The position numbers and the translations under genes were made by a program. A DNA stretch of 64,000 nt from Clostridia bacterium (lineage in GTDB: Bacteria > Bacillota > Clostridia > UMGS1810), in NCBI GenBank assembly GCA_045544515.1, contig JAZPZD010000015.1:32557-96556 (forward strand), read 5' to 3'. Position 1 is the first letter of the stretch; every line of letters starts with the position of its first letter. Positions 1-9,402 of the stretch are shown here, piece after piece. The notes beneath the pieces are model-generated. The model was not told the origin of the DNA. It searched no databases and saw only the letters and a list, made by a program, of their open reading frames with translations.

Positions 1-825
1 AAAATACTTATCTACTGCATCGCGGTACGCCTTGACAACCGTTGCAACATAGAGCTCATTCTTTACTCTGCCCTCTATCTTAAAGCTCGTAACTCCCGCT
101 TCTATAAGCTCGGGGATATATTCTATCATACACAAATCCTTGGAATTAAAGATAAATGTGCCCCTTTCGTTTTCAAATACGGGCATATATTCTCCGGGGC
201 GTTTCTCTTCCATTAAATAATACTTCCATCTGCAGGGATGAGAGCAGGCACCCTTGTTGGAGTCCCTGTGGGTCAGATAGTTACTTAACAGACATCTGCC
301 CGAATACGACACACACATAGCACCGTGCACAAAGCACTCTATCTCCATATCGGGATTGGTGTTATCCCGGATCTGTCTTACTTCGTCAAAGGACAAATCG
401 CGTGCCAAAATAACTCTCTTGGCACCGAGCTTGTACCACATAGATGCCGAGGCATAGTTGGTGTTGTTTGCCTGGGTGCTTATGTGAACATCAAGGTTTG
501 GTGCAACCTCTCTTACAATACTAAATGTTCCCAAATCGGATACTATTATGGCATCTGCTCCGAGAGATGCCACTTGCCTTACAAAATCGGGAAACTCCTT
601 TAAATCCTCGTTGTGAGGTATGATATTTGCGGTGATATACACCTTGGCACCGCGTGCGTGGGCAAACTCTATACCCTCTTTTATTTCGTCTAATGTAAAG
701 TTCTTTGCGGCAACCCGAAGCGAAAACGCCTCTCCGCCTATGTATACCGCGTCAGCTCCGTACATTATGGCATATTTTAATTTTGCAAGACTTCCTGCAG
801 GAGCAAGAATTTCGGGTTTATTCAT
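1..825 (-). CDS. peptidase U32 family protein, N-terminal part (TrhP/YrrN-YrrO-like, linked to tRNA U34 5-hydroxylation); runs off the window start
   Basis: Absent from the ORF track because there is no stop in the window. My translation from ATG 825-823 gives MNKPEILAPAGSLAKLKYAIMYGADAVYIGGEAFSLRVAAKNF...ECFVHGAMCVSYSGRCLLSNY...SFKIEGR, a typical U32 pattern. The start overlaps the upstream gene's stop (ATGAATAA). Confidence 0.8.
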   Translation of the reverse strand, partial: MNKPEILAPAGSLAKLKYAIMYGADAVYIGGEAFSLRVAAKNFTLDEIKEGIEFAHARGAKVYITANIIPHNEDLKEFPDFVRQVASLGADAIIVSDLGTFSIVREVAPNLDVHISTQANNTNYASASMWYKLGAKRVILARDLSFDEVRQIRDNTNPDMEIECFVHGAMCVSYSGRCLLSNYLTHRDSNKGACSHPCRWKYYLMEEKRPGEYMPVFENERGTFIFNSKDLCMIEYIPELIEAGVTSFKIEGRVKNELYVATVVKAYRDAVDKYF

Positions 826-1480
826 TGTCTTTTTCCTTTCTGACAGAAATGCTCATTCCGTCTCCTATGGGGATTATTGAGGTTGTGAGGCTTTCGTGCT
901 CGCACAAAAACTTCAAAAACTCTCTTATGTGCTTAACTATTGCAAAGTGCTTTCTCGGAAGAAGCTCATCATTAGCAGTCATTCCCTTGTAGAGAATATT
1001 GTCGCAGATGATTATACCGCCCTCTGAAAGATGCGGAAAGATTACATCAAAATAATATCTGTACTGCGACTTGTTGGCATCTAAAAAAACCATATCAAAC
1101 ATACCGCCAACTGTCTTTATCGTTTCCTCGGCACTGCCCTCAACGAGAGTAATTACATTTTCTTTGCCGGCTTTTTTGATATTTTCGCGGGCAAGGGCAG
1201 CATACTTTTCATCTTTTTCGAGTGTGATTATCTCTCCGCCGTCTTTAAGATACTGCGAAAAAAAGATGGACGAATAGCCTATTGCACTGCCGATTTCCAA
1301 AACCCTCTTTGGTCTTTTGTATTCCAACAGCGATGCCAGAAAAGCCTTTACCTCCCGCTGTATTATGGGTATGTATCTCTCGTCGGCAAAGTCCTCAAGC
1401 TCCTTTAAAAAGCCCGCAGACTTGGGGATAGTATCCACGATATAGTCTACCACATATTTATAGTTTATATTATCTGTCAT
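818..1480 (-). CDS. trmR: SAM-dependent O-methyltransferase family 3 (TrmR/YrrM-like tRNA mo5U34 methyltransferase)
   Basis: 220-aa ORF with the SAM-binding motif VLEIGSAIGYSS. It is translationally coupled to the U32 peptidase gene, as in Bacillus yrrM-yrrN-yrrO. Confidence 0.7.
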   Translation of the reverse strand: MTDNINYKYVVDYIVDTIPKSAGFLKELEDFADERYIPIIQREVKAFLASLLEYKRPKRVLEIGSAIGYSSIFFSQYLKDGGEIITLEKDEKYAALARENIKKAGKENVITLVEGSAEETIKTVGGMFDMVFLDANKSQYRYYFDVIFPHLSEGGIIICDNILYKGMTANDELLPRKHFAIVKHIREFLKFLCEHESLTTSIIPIGDGMSISVRKEKDNE

Positions 1481-1493
1481 AAGTAAAACCTCT

Positions 1494-2123
1494 TTATTTT
1501 TCTATATTCATATAAGTATCGGGCACATCGCCCACAATTACCGCCTCGGATACAACCGCACCCGACGACAAGTCGGATATCTCGTCAAACCCCGGAAGCA
1601 GTGCACCTATATGCACATCAACCTTTACACTTACTCTATGGAGCACCTGATTGATGCCTGCCTGAACAAAGGTGCTCTCGTAGTCTATCGAGGCAATGTT
1701 GCTGGGCACTATGCGAAACTTGATATCAGGGCCCAATCCCGACAAAAACTCCGAACCGAAAAAGTTGCCCAGCGGCACCAAAACCTGATAGTTTTCCTCG
1801 TCATTTAAGTTTTCGAGCGTTTTTGTAGCGATTTCGGATTTTAACCTGTTGGCAACGGGGGCATTTAGTGTAAGCGACACAATCCTGCCCTCCAAATCTC
1901 TGTGGATGTTTACAAGCTCCTCATACGATGCAAATCGGGTGCAGGCATCGTCTATGGCATTGTGGATGGCTCTGCTTGCCACATCCTCCATTTCGGACTG
2001 GGCAACACTTCTTACAGTCCGTATGAAAGTGGCATATGAACAAAAGAAAAAGTACCCCGCCGCAACGAGCACCAAAATAATAAGTATTGTTTTAAACGGA
2101 CTTTTCCTTTTTTTACTACACAT
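1494..2123 (-). CDS. yunB: sporulation protein YunB
   Basis: ORF track 1494..2153. I place the start at the internal Met (MCSKKRKSPF...), preceded by GGGTGA. It has an N-terminal TM helix followed by a YunB-like body (...LVPLGNFFGSEFLSGLGPDIKFRIVP...). Confidence 0.75.
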   Translation of the reverse strand: MCSKKRKSPFKTILIILVLVAAGYFFFCSYATFIRTVRSVAQSEMEDVASRAIHNAIDDACTRFASYEELVNIHRDLEGRIVSLTLNAPVANRLKSEIATKTLENLNDEENYQVLVPLGNFFGSEFLSGLGPDIKFRIVPSNIASIDYESTFVQAGINQVLHRVSVKVDVHIGALLPGFDEISDLSSGAVVSEAVIVGDVPDTYMNIEK

Positions 2124-2301
2124 ATTTTTCACCCATAATATTATATGTAGCAAAAAGAATTACCGTTCATAATATTTTATCACACAATAATAAATATGTA
2201 AATAAAATTTTAATATATGTTTTTTTGCAATTATATTCTTGCACAAAGCTTTATTATGTGGTAAACTAAACTTAATATTATATAAAAGGAGATTTGTTAT
2301 T

Positions 2302-2811
2302 ATGGATACATATTGCGAATATATTATAAAAAGAAAAAAAGGTCCCAAGGAGGCTCTTACCATAGCAGGGATTATAATAGGAGCAATCATACTTTCTCTT
2401 ATATTGCCCTCACTTATTTCTATGGTTCCTGTCATTTCTTTTTTGTCTCCGCTTGTGTGGGTAGGAATTATATGGTTTGCATACAAGCTCATCTCAAGTA
2501 AAAACATAGAATTTGAATATACTCTTACAGGAAGCGACCTCGACATAGACAAGATATTAAACCGTTCATCAAGAAAAAAGGTCATCTCTGTTTCAAAAAG
2601 TGAAATCGGCGTTGTGGCACCCTTGGGCAGCTCCAATCTCCCGCCGCTTAACAATGTGCAAATCATTGACGCCACATCAAACAGACCCGATGCCAACATC
2701 TATGTTATGACAGTAAACAAGGAAAATATGCAGGCTATATACTTTGAGCCTACAGAAAAAATCCTTTCAAATCTCAAAGAAAGAAATCCGAGAAAAGTAT
2801 TTACGGATTAA
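2302..2811 (+). CDS. hypothetical small membrane protein (two hydrophobic helices)
   Basis: ORF track 2239..2811. An AAAGGAG RBS precedes ATG 2302 (MDTYCEYIIKRKKG...). I recognise no family. Confidence 0.5.
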   Translation: MDTYCEYIIKRKKGPKEALTIAGIIIGAIILSLILPSLISMVPVISFLSPLVWVGIIWFAYKLISSKNIEFEYTLTGSDLDIDKILNRSSRKKVISVSKSEIGVVAPLGSSNLPPLNNVQIIDATSNRPDANIYVMTVNKENMQAIYFEPTEKILSNLKERNPRKVFTD

Positions 2812-2821
2812 GGGAAAAGCT

Positions 2822-4102
2822 ATGCCGATAGGTACAGACATTGTACGGATAAGCCGAATGGAAAGGCTTCTTAAAAACGACATACCCCCTCTTGTGTTTT
2901 GCAGCGAAGAGAAAAAATATATCCTTTCCAAAAAGGACAAATGCCAGAGTGCCGCAGGAATGTTTGCGGCAAAGGAAGCCGTATTAAAGGCTATGGGTAT
3001 CGGGATAAGCGTGCCTCTTTCAGATGTGTGTATCGAGCATTCAAAAGGCGGCGTGCCCTCTGTAGCTCTAAAGGGCAAGGCAAAACAAAGGGCAACCGAA
3101 ATGGGCTTTTTGGAATTTGAAGTAAGCATAACGCACGACGGCGACTATGCAATAGCTTCTGCCGTTGCAACCTTTGACAAAAAGCTAAAGCTGTATAACA
3201 CCGCATCAGAAAAGCTAAATGATGCTCCCCCAAACGCAATAACCAAAGAAATTGTTTCCGATATATTAAAGATAAGAAAGCCTGACACTCACAAGGGCGA
3301 TTACGGCAGGGTATATAACCTTGCAGGCTCAAAGGGTTTAACAGGTGCGGCTATTATGTCGTCACTTGCACTATTGTACTGCGGGGCAGGTCTTATTACC
3401 CTCGGCTGTGCTAATGAACTAAACCCGATATTTGAAATTTCGCTAAAGGAAGTTATGACAAAGCCGCTCAAAAGCCGAAACGGCATAATATGCGGCTCCA
3501 ATTCGGCAGAAATCATAAAACAACTTCAAAAATCCGATGTTGCACTGATAGGCCCCGGCCTTGGAAGAAGTGCAGGGATAGATACCATAGTTAAAAACAT
3601 TGTGCTTTCGGACACTTGTCCGTGCGTTATAGATGCAGACGGCTTAAATGCTCTATCCAATAATATAAACGCACTTAAAAACCACAAGATACCGCTTATT
3701 CTTACTCCTCATATCAAGGAGTTTGAGCGTCTCTGCGGTGTCAAAGCGGACAAAATTCTGCAAAATACCGAAATGTACGCATCAACCTTTGCACAAAAAT
3801 TCGGTGTGATACTGGTACTTAAATCTCACAGAACCGTATTGGCTCTCCCGGACGGAAAGGTATATGTAAATATACTGGGCAATCCCGGTATGGCAACAGG
3901 CGGAACCGGTGATGTACTGTGCGGATGTATTGCATCATTTGCGGCACAAGGTATAACATTGGAAGATGCGGCCATTGCAGGAATATATATACATTCTCTT
4001 GCGGCGGATATGGCAGCACTTGAAAAGGGCGAATATTCGCTTACTCCGACAGATATTCTGGAATATCTGCCGTATGCGATAAAATACAGTCAACAGCAAT
4101 AA
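2822..4102 (+). CDS. acpS: fusion protein: holo-[ACP] synthase (AcpS) + ADP-dependent NAD(P)H-hydrate dehydratase (YjeF_C/NnrD)
   Basis: Start MPIGTDIVRISR (AAGGGA RBS). The AcpS motifs IGTDIV and FAAKEAVLKA lie in the first ~115 aa. The C-terminal part has KGDYGRV...PGLG...GNPGMATGGTGDVL, the carbohydrate-kinase-like YjeF_C signature. Confidence 0.85.
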   Translation: MPIGTDIVRISRMERLLKNDIPPLVFCSEEKKYILSKKDKCQSAAGMFAAKEAVLKAMGIGISVPLSDVCIEHSKGGVPSVALKGKAKQRATEMGFLEFEVSITHDGDYAIASAVATFDKKLKLYNTASEKLNDAPPNAITKEIVSDILKIRKPDTHKGDYGRVYNLAGSKGLTGAAIMSSLALLYCGAGLITLGCANELNPIFEISLKEVMTKPLKSRNGIICGSNSAEIIKQLQKSDVALIGPGLGRSAGIDTIVKNIVLSDTCPCVIDADGLNALSNNINALKNHKIPLILTPHIKEFERLCGVKADKILQNTEMYASTFAQKFGVILVLKSHRTVLALPDGKVYVNILGNPGMATGGTGDVLCGCIASFAAQGITLEDAAIAGIYIHSLAADMAALEKGEYSLTPTDILEYLPYAIKYSQQQ

Positions 4103-4125
4103 AATTTAAGGAGATGCATTAAAAT

Positions 4126-5283
4126 ATGCGAACCTGGGCAGAGATTAATTTAGATGCCATAAAAGAAAACTTTGTAAATATAAAAAAGAAAACCTCGTCA
4201 CTTATAATGGCTGTGATAAAGGCTGATGCCTACGGCCACGGTATAAAAGAAGTTGCATCTGTACTGAAGACCGCAGGTGCAAACTACTTTGGCGTTGCAA
4301 CTCCCGACGAAGCTCTGGAATTAAGAAACTTGGGGATTAACCTGCCTATACTGATACTGGGCGTAATATTCAAAGAGGACTATCATAGAATAATAGAGAA
4401 TGACATCTGTATGACGGTGGCCTCGAGGCAGTGTGCTGCAGATATTTCAGACGCCGCACAAAAGGTAGGTAAAAACGCAAAAATCCATATCAAACTCGAC
4501 ACCGGTATGGGAAGAATAGGCTTTCCTGTGGGCATAGATGATAAAAAAGCTGCAGACGATATAGAATATATATCAAAGCTCAAAAACATAGAAATCGCAG
4601 GCATATATTCGCATATGTCCCGTGCAGACGAATACGACAAATCATATTCCAAAGAGCAGCTTAACAAATTTATCAAGCTGTGCTCTCTTGTAGAAGACAG
4701 GGGCATATCAATACCGATTAAACATATAGCAAACTCGGCGGCTTTTCTTACGCTTAAAGAGGCACATCTGGATATGGTAAGAGTAGGAATTTCGCTCTAT
4801 GGTCTTTCTCCCTCGGAGGAAACCGAAACAGACGGCATCTCATTAAAGCCGGCTATGATGTTAAAAACAAAGGTAACACATATAAAAACAATCACCCAAG
4901 ACACGCTAATCAGCTACGGCGGAAACTACAAGGCGGCAAAGGGACAAAAAATTGCCACCATTGCCATAGGCTATGCAGACGGATTTTCCAGAATTCTCTC
5001 GGGCAAAGCCAAGGTCATAGTGTGCGGACAGCTTGCAAATGTGGTGGGCAACATATGTATGGACCAGTGTATGATAGATGTAACCCATATCGACAATATT
5101 AATATCGGCGATGAGGTTATAATATTTGGCTCCGATGGTAATAATACAATTACCGTAGATTCTGTTGCGCATCTGTTGGGCACGATAAACTATGAGATTG
5201 TATGCTCGGTCAGCAGGCGAGTTCCCCGTGCTTACATACACGACAACAAAATCATTGCCGAAATCAACTATCTGTTGCAATGA
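4126..5283 (+). CDS. alr: alanine racemase
   Basis: 385 aa with the PLP-lysine motif AVIKADAYGHG and the C-terminal ...GYADGF...MDQCMIDV pattern. Confidence 0.95.
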   Translation: MRTWAEINLDAIKENFVNIKKKTSSLIMAVIKADAYGHGIKEVASVLKTAGANYFGVATPDEALELRNLGINLPILILGVIFKEDYHRIIENDICMTVASRQCAADISDAAQKVGKNAKIHIKLDTGMGRIGFPVGIDDKKAADDIEYISKLKNIEIAGIYSHMSRADEYDKSYSKEQLNKFIKLCSLVEDRGISIPIKHIANSAAFLTLKEAHLDMVRVGISLYGLSPSEETETDGISLKPAMMLKTKVTHIKTITQDTLISYGGNYKAAKGQKIATIAIGYADGFSRILSGKAKVIVCGQLANVVGNICMDQCMIDVTHIDNINIGDEVIIFGSDGNNTITVDSVAHLLGTINYEIVCSVSRRVPRAYIHDNKIIAEINYLLQ

Positions 5284-5372
5284 TATTCTTTGGCAGAATA
5301 TACATTTGACAATACAGACTAAAGAATATATAATTATTATATATCAAAAAAGCCGGATAGCAGATTGGGGGC

Positions 5373-5657
5373 ATGATTGCTTTGTCGCATCAAAAGAAAA
5401 TTCTCATTAGTTTACCCGATGCACTTCTTACCGAAGTTGACACCCTTGCCACTGCACAAAAAATCAACAGAAGCGAATTTGTAAGAGAAGCTATGCGTCA
5501 TTATGTTGACAAGCAAAAAACTGCCTCTCTTAACGAAGCACTCAAAAAAGGCTACGAGCAAATGGCGGATATCAATATCGAGATTGCCGAACTTTGCATT
5601 AGTGCCGACAACATTCAACAGCAAAGCTACGAGGAAAAATTAGCGGAGTGTGAATGA
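5373..5657 (+). CDS. mazE: ribbon-helix-helix (CopG/MazE/EndoAI-type) antitoxin
   Basis: 94 aa with the RHH motif ISLPDALLTEVDTLATAQKINRSEFVREAMRHYV. It lies directly upstream of mazF and downstream of alr, as in Bacillus alr-ndoAI-ndoA. Confidence 0.8.
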   Translation: MIALSHQKKILISLPDALLTEVDTLATAQKINRSEFVREAMRHYVDKQKTASLNEALKKGYEQMADINIEIAELCISADNIQQQSYEEKLAECE

Positions 5658-5663
5658 TTTTTT

Positions 5664-6002
5664 ATGGTAAAACGAGGAGATATTTTTTACGCGGATTTAA
5701 GCCCCGTGATAGGTTCCGAGCAAGGAGGCATACGCCCTGTGATTGTCGTTCAAAACGACATTGGAAACAAGTACAGCCCCACAGTTATCGTGGCGGCAGT
5801 AACCTCCAGGATCAACAAGGCAAAGATGCCCACGCACATCGAGATAAGTGCACTCGAATACGGTCTTACCAAGGACTCTGTAATCCTTGCCGAACAAATC
5901 CGAACCATAGACAAAAAACGCCTCAAAGAAAAAATCGGGCGTATTGATGATAAACTTATAGAAAAGGTTAACACAGCACTTATGATAAGTTTTGGACTTT
6001 AG
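5664..6002 (+). CDS. mazF: MazF/EndoA mRNA interferase toxin
   Basis: [48 protein letters not shown]... is near-collinear with B. subtilis EndoA as I remember it. Confidence 0.95.
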   Translation: MVKRGDIFYADLSPVIGSEQGGIRPVIVVQNDIGNKYSPTVIVAAVTSRINKAKMPTHIEISALEYGLTKDSVILAEQIRTIDKKRLKEKIGRIDDKLIEKVNTALMISFGL

Positions 6003-6023
6003 AAACGAAAGGTGGAATTTTTT

Positions 6024-6533
6024 ATGAAAATTCAGTTAAGACACAAACTAATGCTTTTGGTAATTGCAGTTGCAATGGTATTTTCGGCGGTATATGCCCT
6101 TGCAGACCCGGGCGACAATAACGACCCGCTCGTAACTCTGTCCTACATTACCAAGACACTTATGCCCCAGATCGAAGATACAATCGACGAGAAAATCAGC
6201 GATGCTCTGAGAGACTTTAGTCCGTCTTCTTCCAACAATAATAGTTCTGACACTCACAAAACCGATAATACATACCAGATTATCACTGCCAAGGCAGGAC
6301 AGATGTTAATCGGTGACGAGGGCACAGAGATGATTTTGCGTTCGGGCGATGCCACAATAGTTTCCGGTGCACAGGGCGGTGTGTCCGACCTTACTGCAGG
6401 TCTTGACCTTACACAAGGTGCATATGTACCCAAAAACCACCTCCTCTTATCTCCCAGAAAGGACACAAGAGGTATGAACTTTGTTACAGATGCGGTGGTA
6501 ATCGTAAGAGGTTCTTACTCACTTATCAGATAA
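6024..6533 (+). CDS. secreted hypothetical protein (signal peptide)
   Basis: ORF track 6012..6533. AAAGGTGG precedes ATG 6024 (MKIQLRHKLMLLVIAVAMVFSAVYALA). I recognise no domain. Confidence 0.5.
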   Translation: MKIQLRHKLMLLVIAVAMVFSAVYALADPGDNNDPLVTLSYITKTLMPQIEDTIDEKISDALRDFSPSSSNNNSSDTHKTDNTYQIITAKAGQMLIGDEGTEMILRSGDATIVSGAQGGVSDLTAGLDLTQGAYVPKNHLLLSPRKDTRGMNFVTDAVVIVRGSYSLIR

Positions 6534-6548
6534 TTTTTTTAAAAAAGC

Positions 6549-6590
6549 AAAACCCTTTCATTTCCGTTTGGATCTGAAAGGGTTTTTATT
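6549..6590. terminator. bidirectional rho-independent terminator between convergent genes
   Basis: Stem AACCCTTTCA / TGAAAGGGTT flanked by an A-run and a T-run. Confidence 0.6.
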
Positions 6591-6591
6591 T

Positions 6592-7956
6592 TTATTTATT
6601 GCAGAGGCTCTCGCCTATCTTGTATACATCTCCCGCACCAACGGTGAGGATTACATCGCCTTCTTTGGCGTTTTGTTTTATATAATTTTCTATCTCTTCA
6701 AACTCTTTTATATAGATTGCTCCGTCGATTTTTGCTGCAAGGTCCTTGGAATGTACAATGCCTGTATCCTTTTCTCTTGCGGCAAAGATGTCTGTAATTA
6801 TCACATTTTCCGAAAGCGACAGTGCCTTTGCAAAGTCATCCATAAGGCTTATGGTTCTTGTGTATGTGTGGGGTTGGAATATGCACCACTGTCTGTTATG
6901 CTTTACATTGGATAGTGCCTTTAGCGTTGCCTCTATCTCTGTGGGGTGATGTGCATAGTCATCTATTACAAGAGCTCCGTTTACAGTGCCCTTCTTTTCA
7001 AAACGGCGTTTGGTTCCTGTGTACTTTTCAAGTCCCGATTTGATACAGTCAAAATCTATACCCATATTAAGTGCAGCAGCGGTAGTGGCAAGTGCATTTA
7101 GCACATTGTGTATACCAACCACATTAAGTACTATGTGGCCTAACTTTTCGCCATTATTATACACATCGAATTCGGGATAGCCAAAATCCGAATATGTGAT
7201 ATTTTTTGCACAGTAGTCGGCATCTTCAAAACCAAAGGTATACACCTTTGCCTTGGTGTTTTGTGCCGATTTAACTGCATACTCGCTCTCCTTGTTTACT
7301 ACTGCAAAGCCGTCCTCTTCGGGCAAAAGCGAACAAAACGAAGAAAACGCATCTACGATATCGTCTATATCCTTGTAGTAGTCCAGGTGGTCCTCCTCGA
7401 CATTCAGGATTATCGCAATTTTGGGGAAGAATTTGAGGAAGTTTCGCATATATTCACAGGTTTCTGTAAGAAAATACTCGCTCTTTCCTATTCTGAGGTT
7501 ACCGTCTATGCCATCGAGCTTGCCGCCGACCATTATGGTAGGGTCTTTTTTGTCTTCCAGCAGGATATATGCAAGCATAGAGGTTGCGGTGGTTTTGCCG
7601 TGTGTTCCCGCAACGCTTATGGCTGTGGAATAATCCTTCATAATATACCCAAGCATTGTGGCACGGTCTATGAGCTTTATCCCCTTTTGCTTTGCCGCTA
7701 TCATCTCGGGGTTGTCATCATGGACGGCAGAGGTATAGACAACAATATCCTGATTTGTGATGTTTTCTGCTCTGTGGCCTATCTGAACATCGGCACCTAA
7801 ATCTATCAGCTCCTTTACGCTGTCGGACATAGAAATATCCGAGCCCGAAACTTTGATGCCGTTATTTAATAATATCTTGGCAATACCGCTCATACTGATA
7901 CCGCCGATACCTATAAAATGTACATATTTTGTCAATGAAAACACTCCAATAAACAT
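6592..7956 (-). CDS. murC: UDP-N-acetylmuramate--L-alanine ligase
   Basis: HFIGIGGISMSGIA, GTHGKTTATSM and DDYAHHPTEI motifs. The ORF-track N-terminal extension is trimmed to ATG 7956. A TTG at 7935 with a GGAG RBS is an alternative start. Confidence 0.9.
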   Translation of the reverse strand: MFIGVFSLTKYVHFIGIGGISMSGIAKILLNNGIKVSGSDISMSDSVKELIDLGADVQIGHRAENITNQDIVVYTSAVHDDNPEMIAAKQKGIKLIDRATMLGYIMKDYSTAISVAGTHGKTTATSMLAYILLEDKKDPTIMVGGKLDGIDGNLRIGKSEYFLTETCEYMRNFLKFFPKIAIILNVEEDHLDYYKDIDDIVDAFSSFCSLLPEEDGFAVVNKESEYAVKSAQNTKAKVYTFGFEDADYCAKNITYSDFGYPEFDVYNNGEKLGHIVLNVVGIHNVLNALATTAAALNMGIDFDCIKSGLEKYTGTKRRFEKKGTVNGALVIDDYAHHPTEIEATLKALSNVKHNRQWCIFQPHTYTRTISLMDDFAKALSLSENVIITDIFAAREKDTGIVHSKDLAAKIDGAIYIKEFEEIENYIKQNAKEGDVILTVGAGDVYKIGESLCNK

Positions 7957-8089
7957 ATTGATATATAAATTATACACCCTTTTTTCCAAAAAATAAACAC
8001 TTATTTTACTTAAACTGAATATTTTTTCTGTTTTTGCAAATAATACCACTAAACAGAAGCACTAAATCTTCTTGAAAGGACTTGAATTT

Positions 8090-8368
8090 ATGGAAATAAC
8101 AGACATCAGAATAAGACAAATGACAAACGATGCCAAAATGAAAGCGGTGGTATCGGTTACCTTTGACAACTCTTTTGTGGTACACGACATCAAGATTATC
8201 GAAGGCGAAGAAAAGCTTTTCATAGCGATGCCGAGCCGCAAAACCCCCGATAATGAATTTAAAGACATTGCCCACCCCATCAACCCCGAAATGAGAGAAA
8301 CGCTGTCTAATATGATACTCGAAAAATATCACTCCACAATGGTACAGCAGGAGGCAAATGTACTGTAA
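8090..8368 (+). CDS. spoVG: septation/sporulation regulator SpoVG
   Basis: [51 protein letters not shown], with an AAAGGA RBS. Confidence 0.95.
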   Translation: MEITDIRIRQMTNDAKMKAVVSVTFDNSFVVHDIKIIEGEEKLFIAMPSRKTPDNEFKDIAHPINPEMRETLSNMILEKYHSTMVQQEANVL

Positions 8369-8443
8369 ATAAATTGTTGACAAAATCTCCACTATGATAT
8401 AAAATTTAGGTAATAAACTATCGAAAAAAAGGAGATTTTGTCA

Positions 8444-8827
8444 ATGTCAATTATCAAAGAATTCAAAGAATTTGCATTTAAGGGCAATGTTCTTGATATG
8501 GCTGTCGGTGTTATAATAGGTTCTTCATTTGGTAAAATAGTTACCTCTATAGTAAACGATATTATTATGCCGGCTTGCTCACTGCTTCTTAACAACATAA
8601 AGTTTACAGATTTAAAGATTGCTCTTAAGGGCGACAGTGCAATTATGATAGGTAACTTTATTCAGACCTTTGTTGATTTTATTATAATTTCGGCTTCGGT
8701 GTTTCTTTTTGTTAAACTGATAAACGGCTTTAAGAAAAAACAAGTGGAAGAAGTAAAGGAAGAAGCTCCAAAAGCTCCCACAACCGAAGAGCTTCTTACA
8801 GAAATAAGGGATTTACTTAAAAAATAG
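8444..8827 (+). CDS. mscL: large-conductance mechanosensitive channel
   Basis: MSIIKEFKEFAFKGNVLDMAVGVIIGSSFGKIV. The G of the TAG stop codon is the first base of the IS inverted repeat (see findings). Confidence 0.95.
   Translation: MSIIKEFKEFAFKGNVLDMAVGVIIGSSFGKIVTSIVNDIIMPACSLLLNNIKFTDLKIALKGDSAIMIGNFIQTFVDFIIISASVFLFVKLINGFKKKQVEEVKEEAPKAPTTEELLTEIRDLLKK
8819..8826. repeat. target-site duplication AAAAAATA (left copy)
   Basis: An identical 8-mer abuts the other IS end at 10514-10521. Confidence 0.8.
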
Positions 8828-8853
8828 GCTCTGTTGCCAAGTGTATTGATTTT
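8827..8853. repeat. IS left terminal inverted repeat
   Basis: GGCTCTGTTGCCAAGTGTATTGATTTT compared with the reverse complement of the right end, GGCTCTGTTAGCCCACTGTATTGATTTT. Confidence 0.8.
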
Positions 8854-8920
8854 ATATCCCTACACTCCAAACTCTTTGAAGTGTAGGGATTAATCTCAAT
8901 TCTATTTCAGTCAATTTAAA

Positions 8921-9340
8921 TTAGTATCTATATTCTGCTCCTATCAAAACACCACTTAATTTATCAACATAAAAAACCATAGGGCCTAACAATCCATCTT
9001 GTGTTGTATTAAAAGTGATTTTATATAAGACTTTCCCAACAATATCAATTTTATCTTCAAAATAATATAGTGATGGCTGTGTATCAAATACTACTTCTTC
9101 AATTTTAGGATTATCAAAGTTTGTAATTGTTTCAATGCTTTTTTTGTCAAGTTTTTTCTTGACATTTTCTATTGCTGTTTGCGGAGTTATTTCAACAGGC
9201 GGAACATACTGTTTGCCCCAAGTTGAAAATACAACAGGTTCATTGTTATCCATTTTTTTATGGTCAATCACATATAAAGAGCCAAAAATCACAAATAGCA
9301 CCAACAAAGCTATGCCCATAATAAAAAGCAATCTTTTCAT
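8921..9340 (-). CDS. IS passenger gene: membrane-anchored small protein, possibly PepSY-like
   Basis: 139 aa with an AGGAGG RBS and N-terminal anchor MKRLLFIMGIALLVLFVIFGSL. The C-terminal ...FYVDKLSGVLIGAEYRY is reminiscent of PepSY-type domains (weak call). Confidence 0.55.
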   Translation of the reverse strand: MKRLLFIMGIALLVLFVIFGSLYVIDHKKMDNNEPVVFSTWGKQYVPPVEITPQTAIENVKKKLDKKSIETITNFDNPKIEEVVFDTQPSLYYFEDKIDIVGKVLYKITFNTTQDGLLGPMVFYVDKLSGVLIGAEYRY

Positions 9341-9402
9341 GTTTTATTCCTCCTTGTTCCTGAAAGGTATTGTATCAACAATGTTATCTCTTGTTAATTC
9401 TA

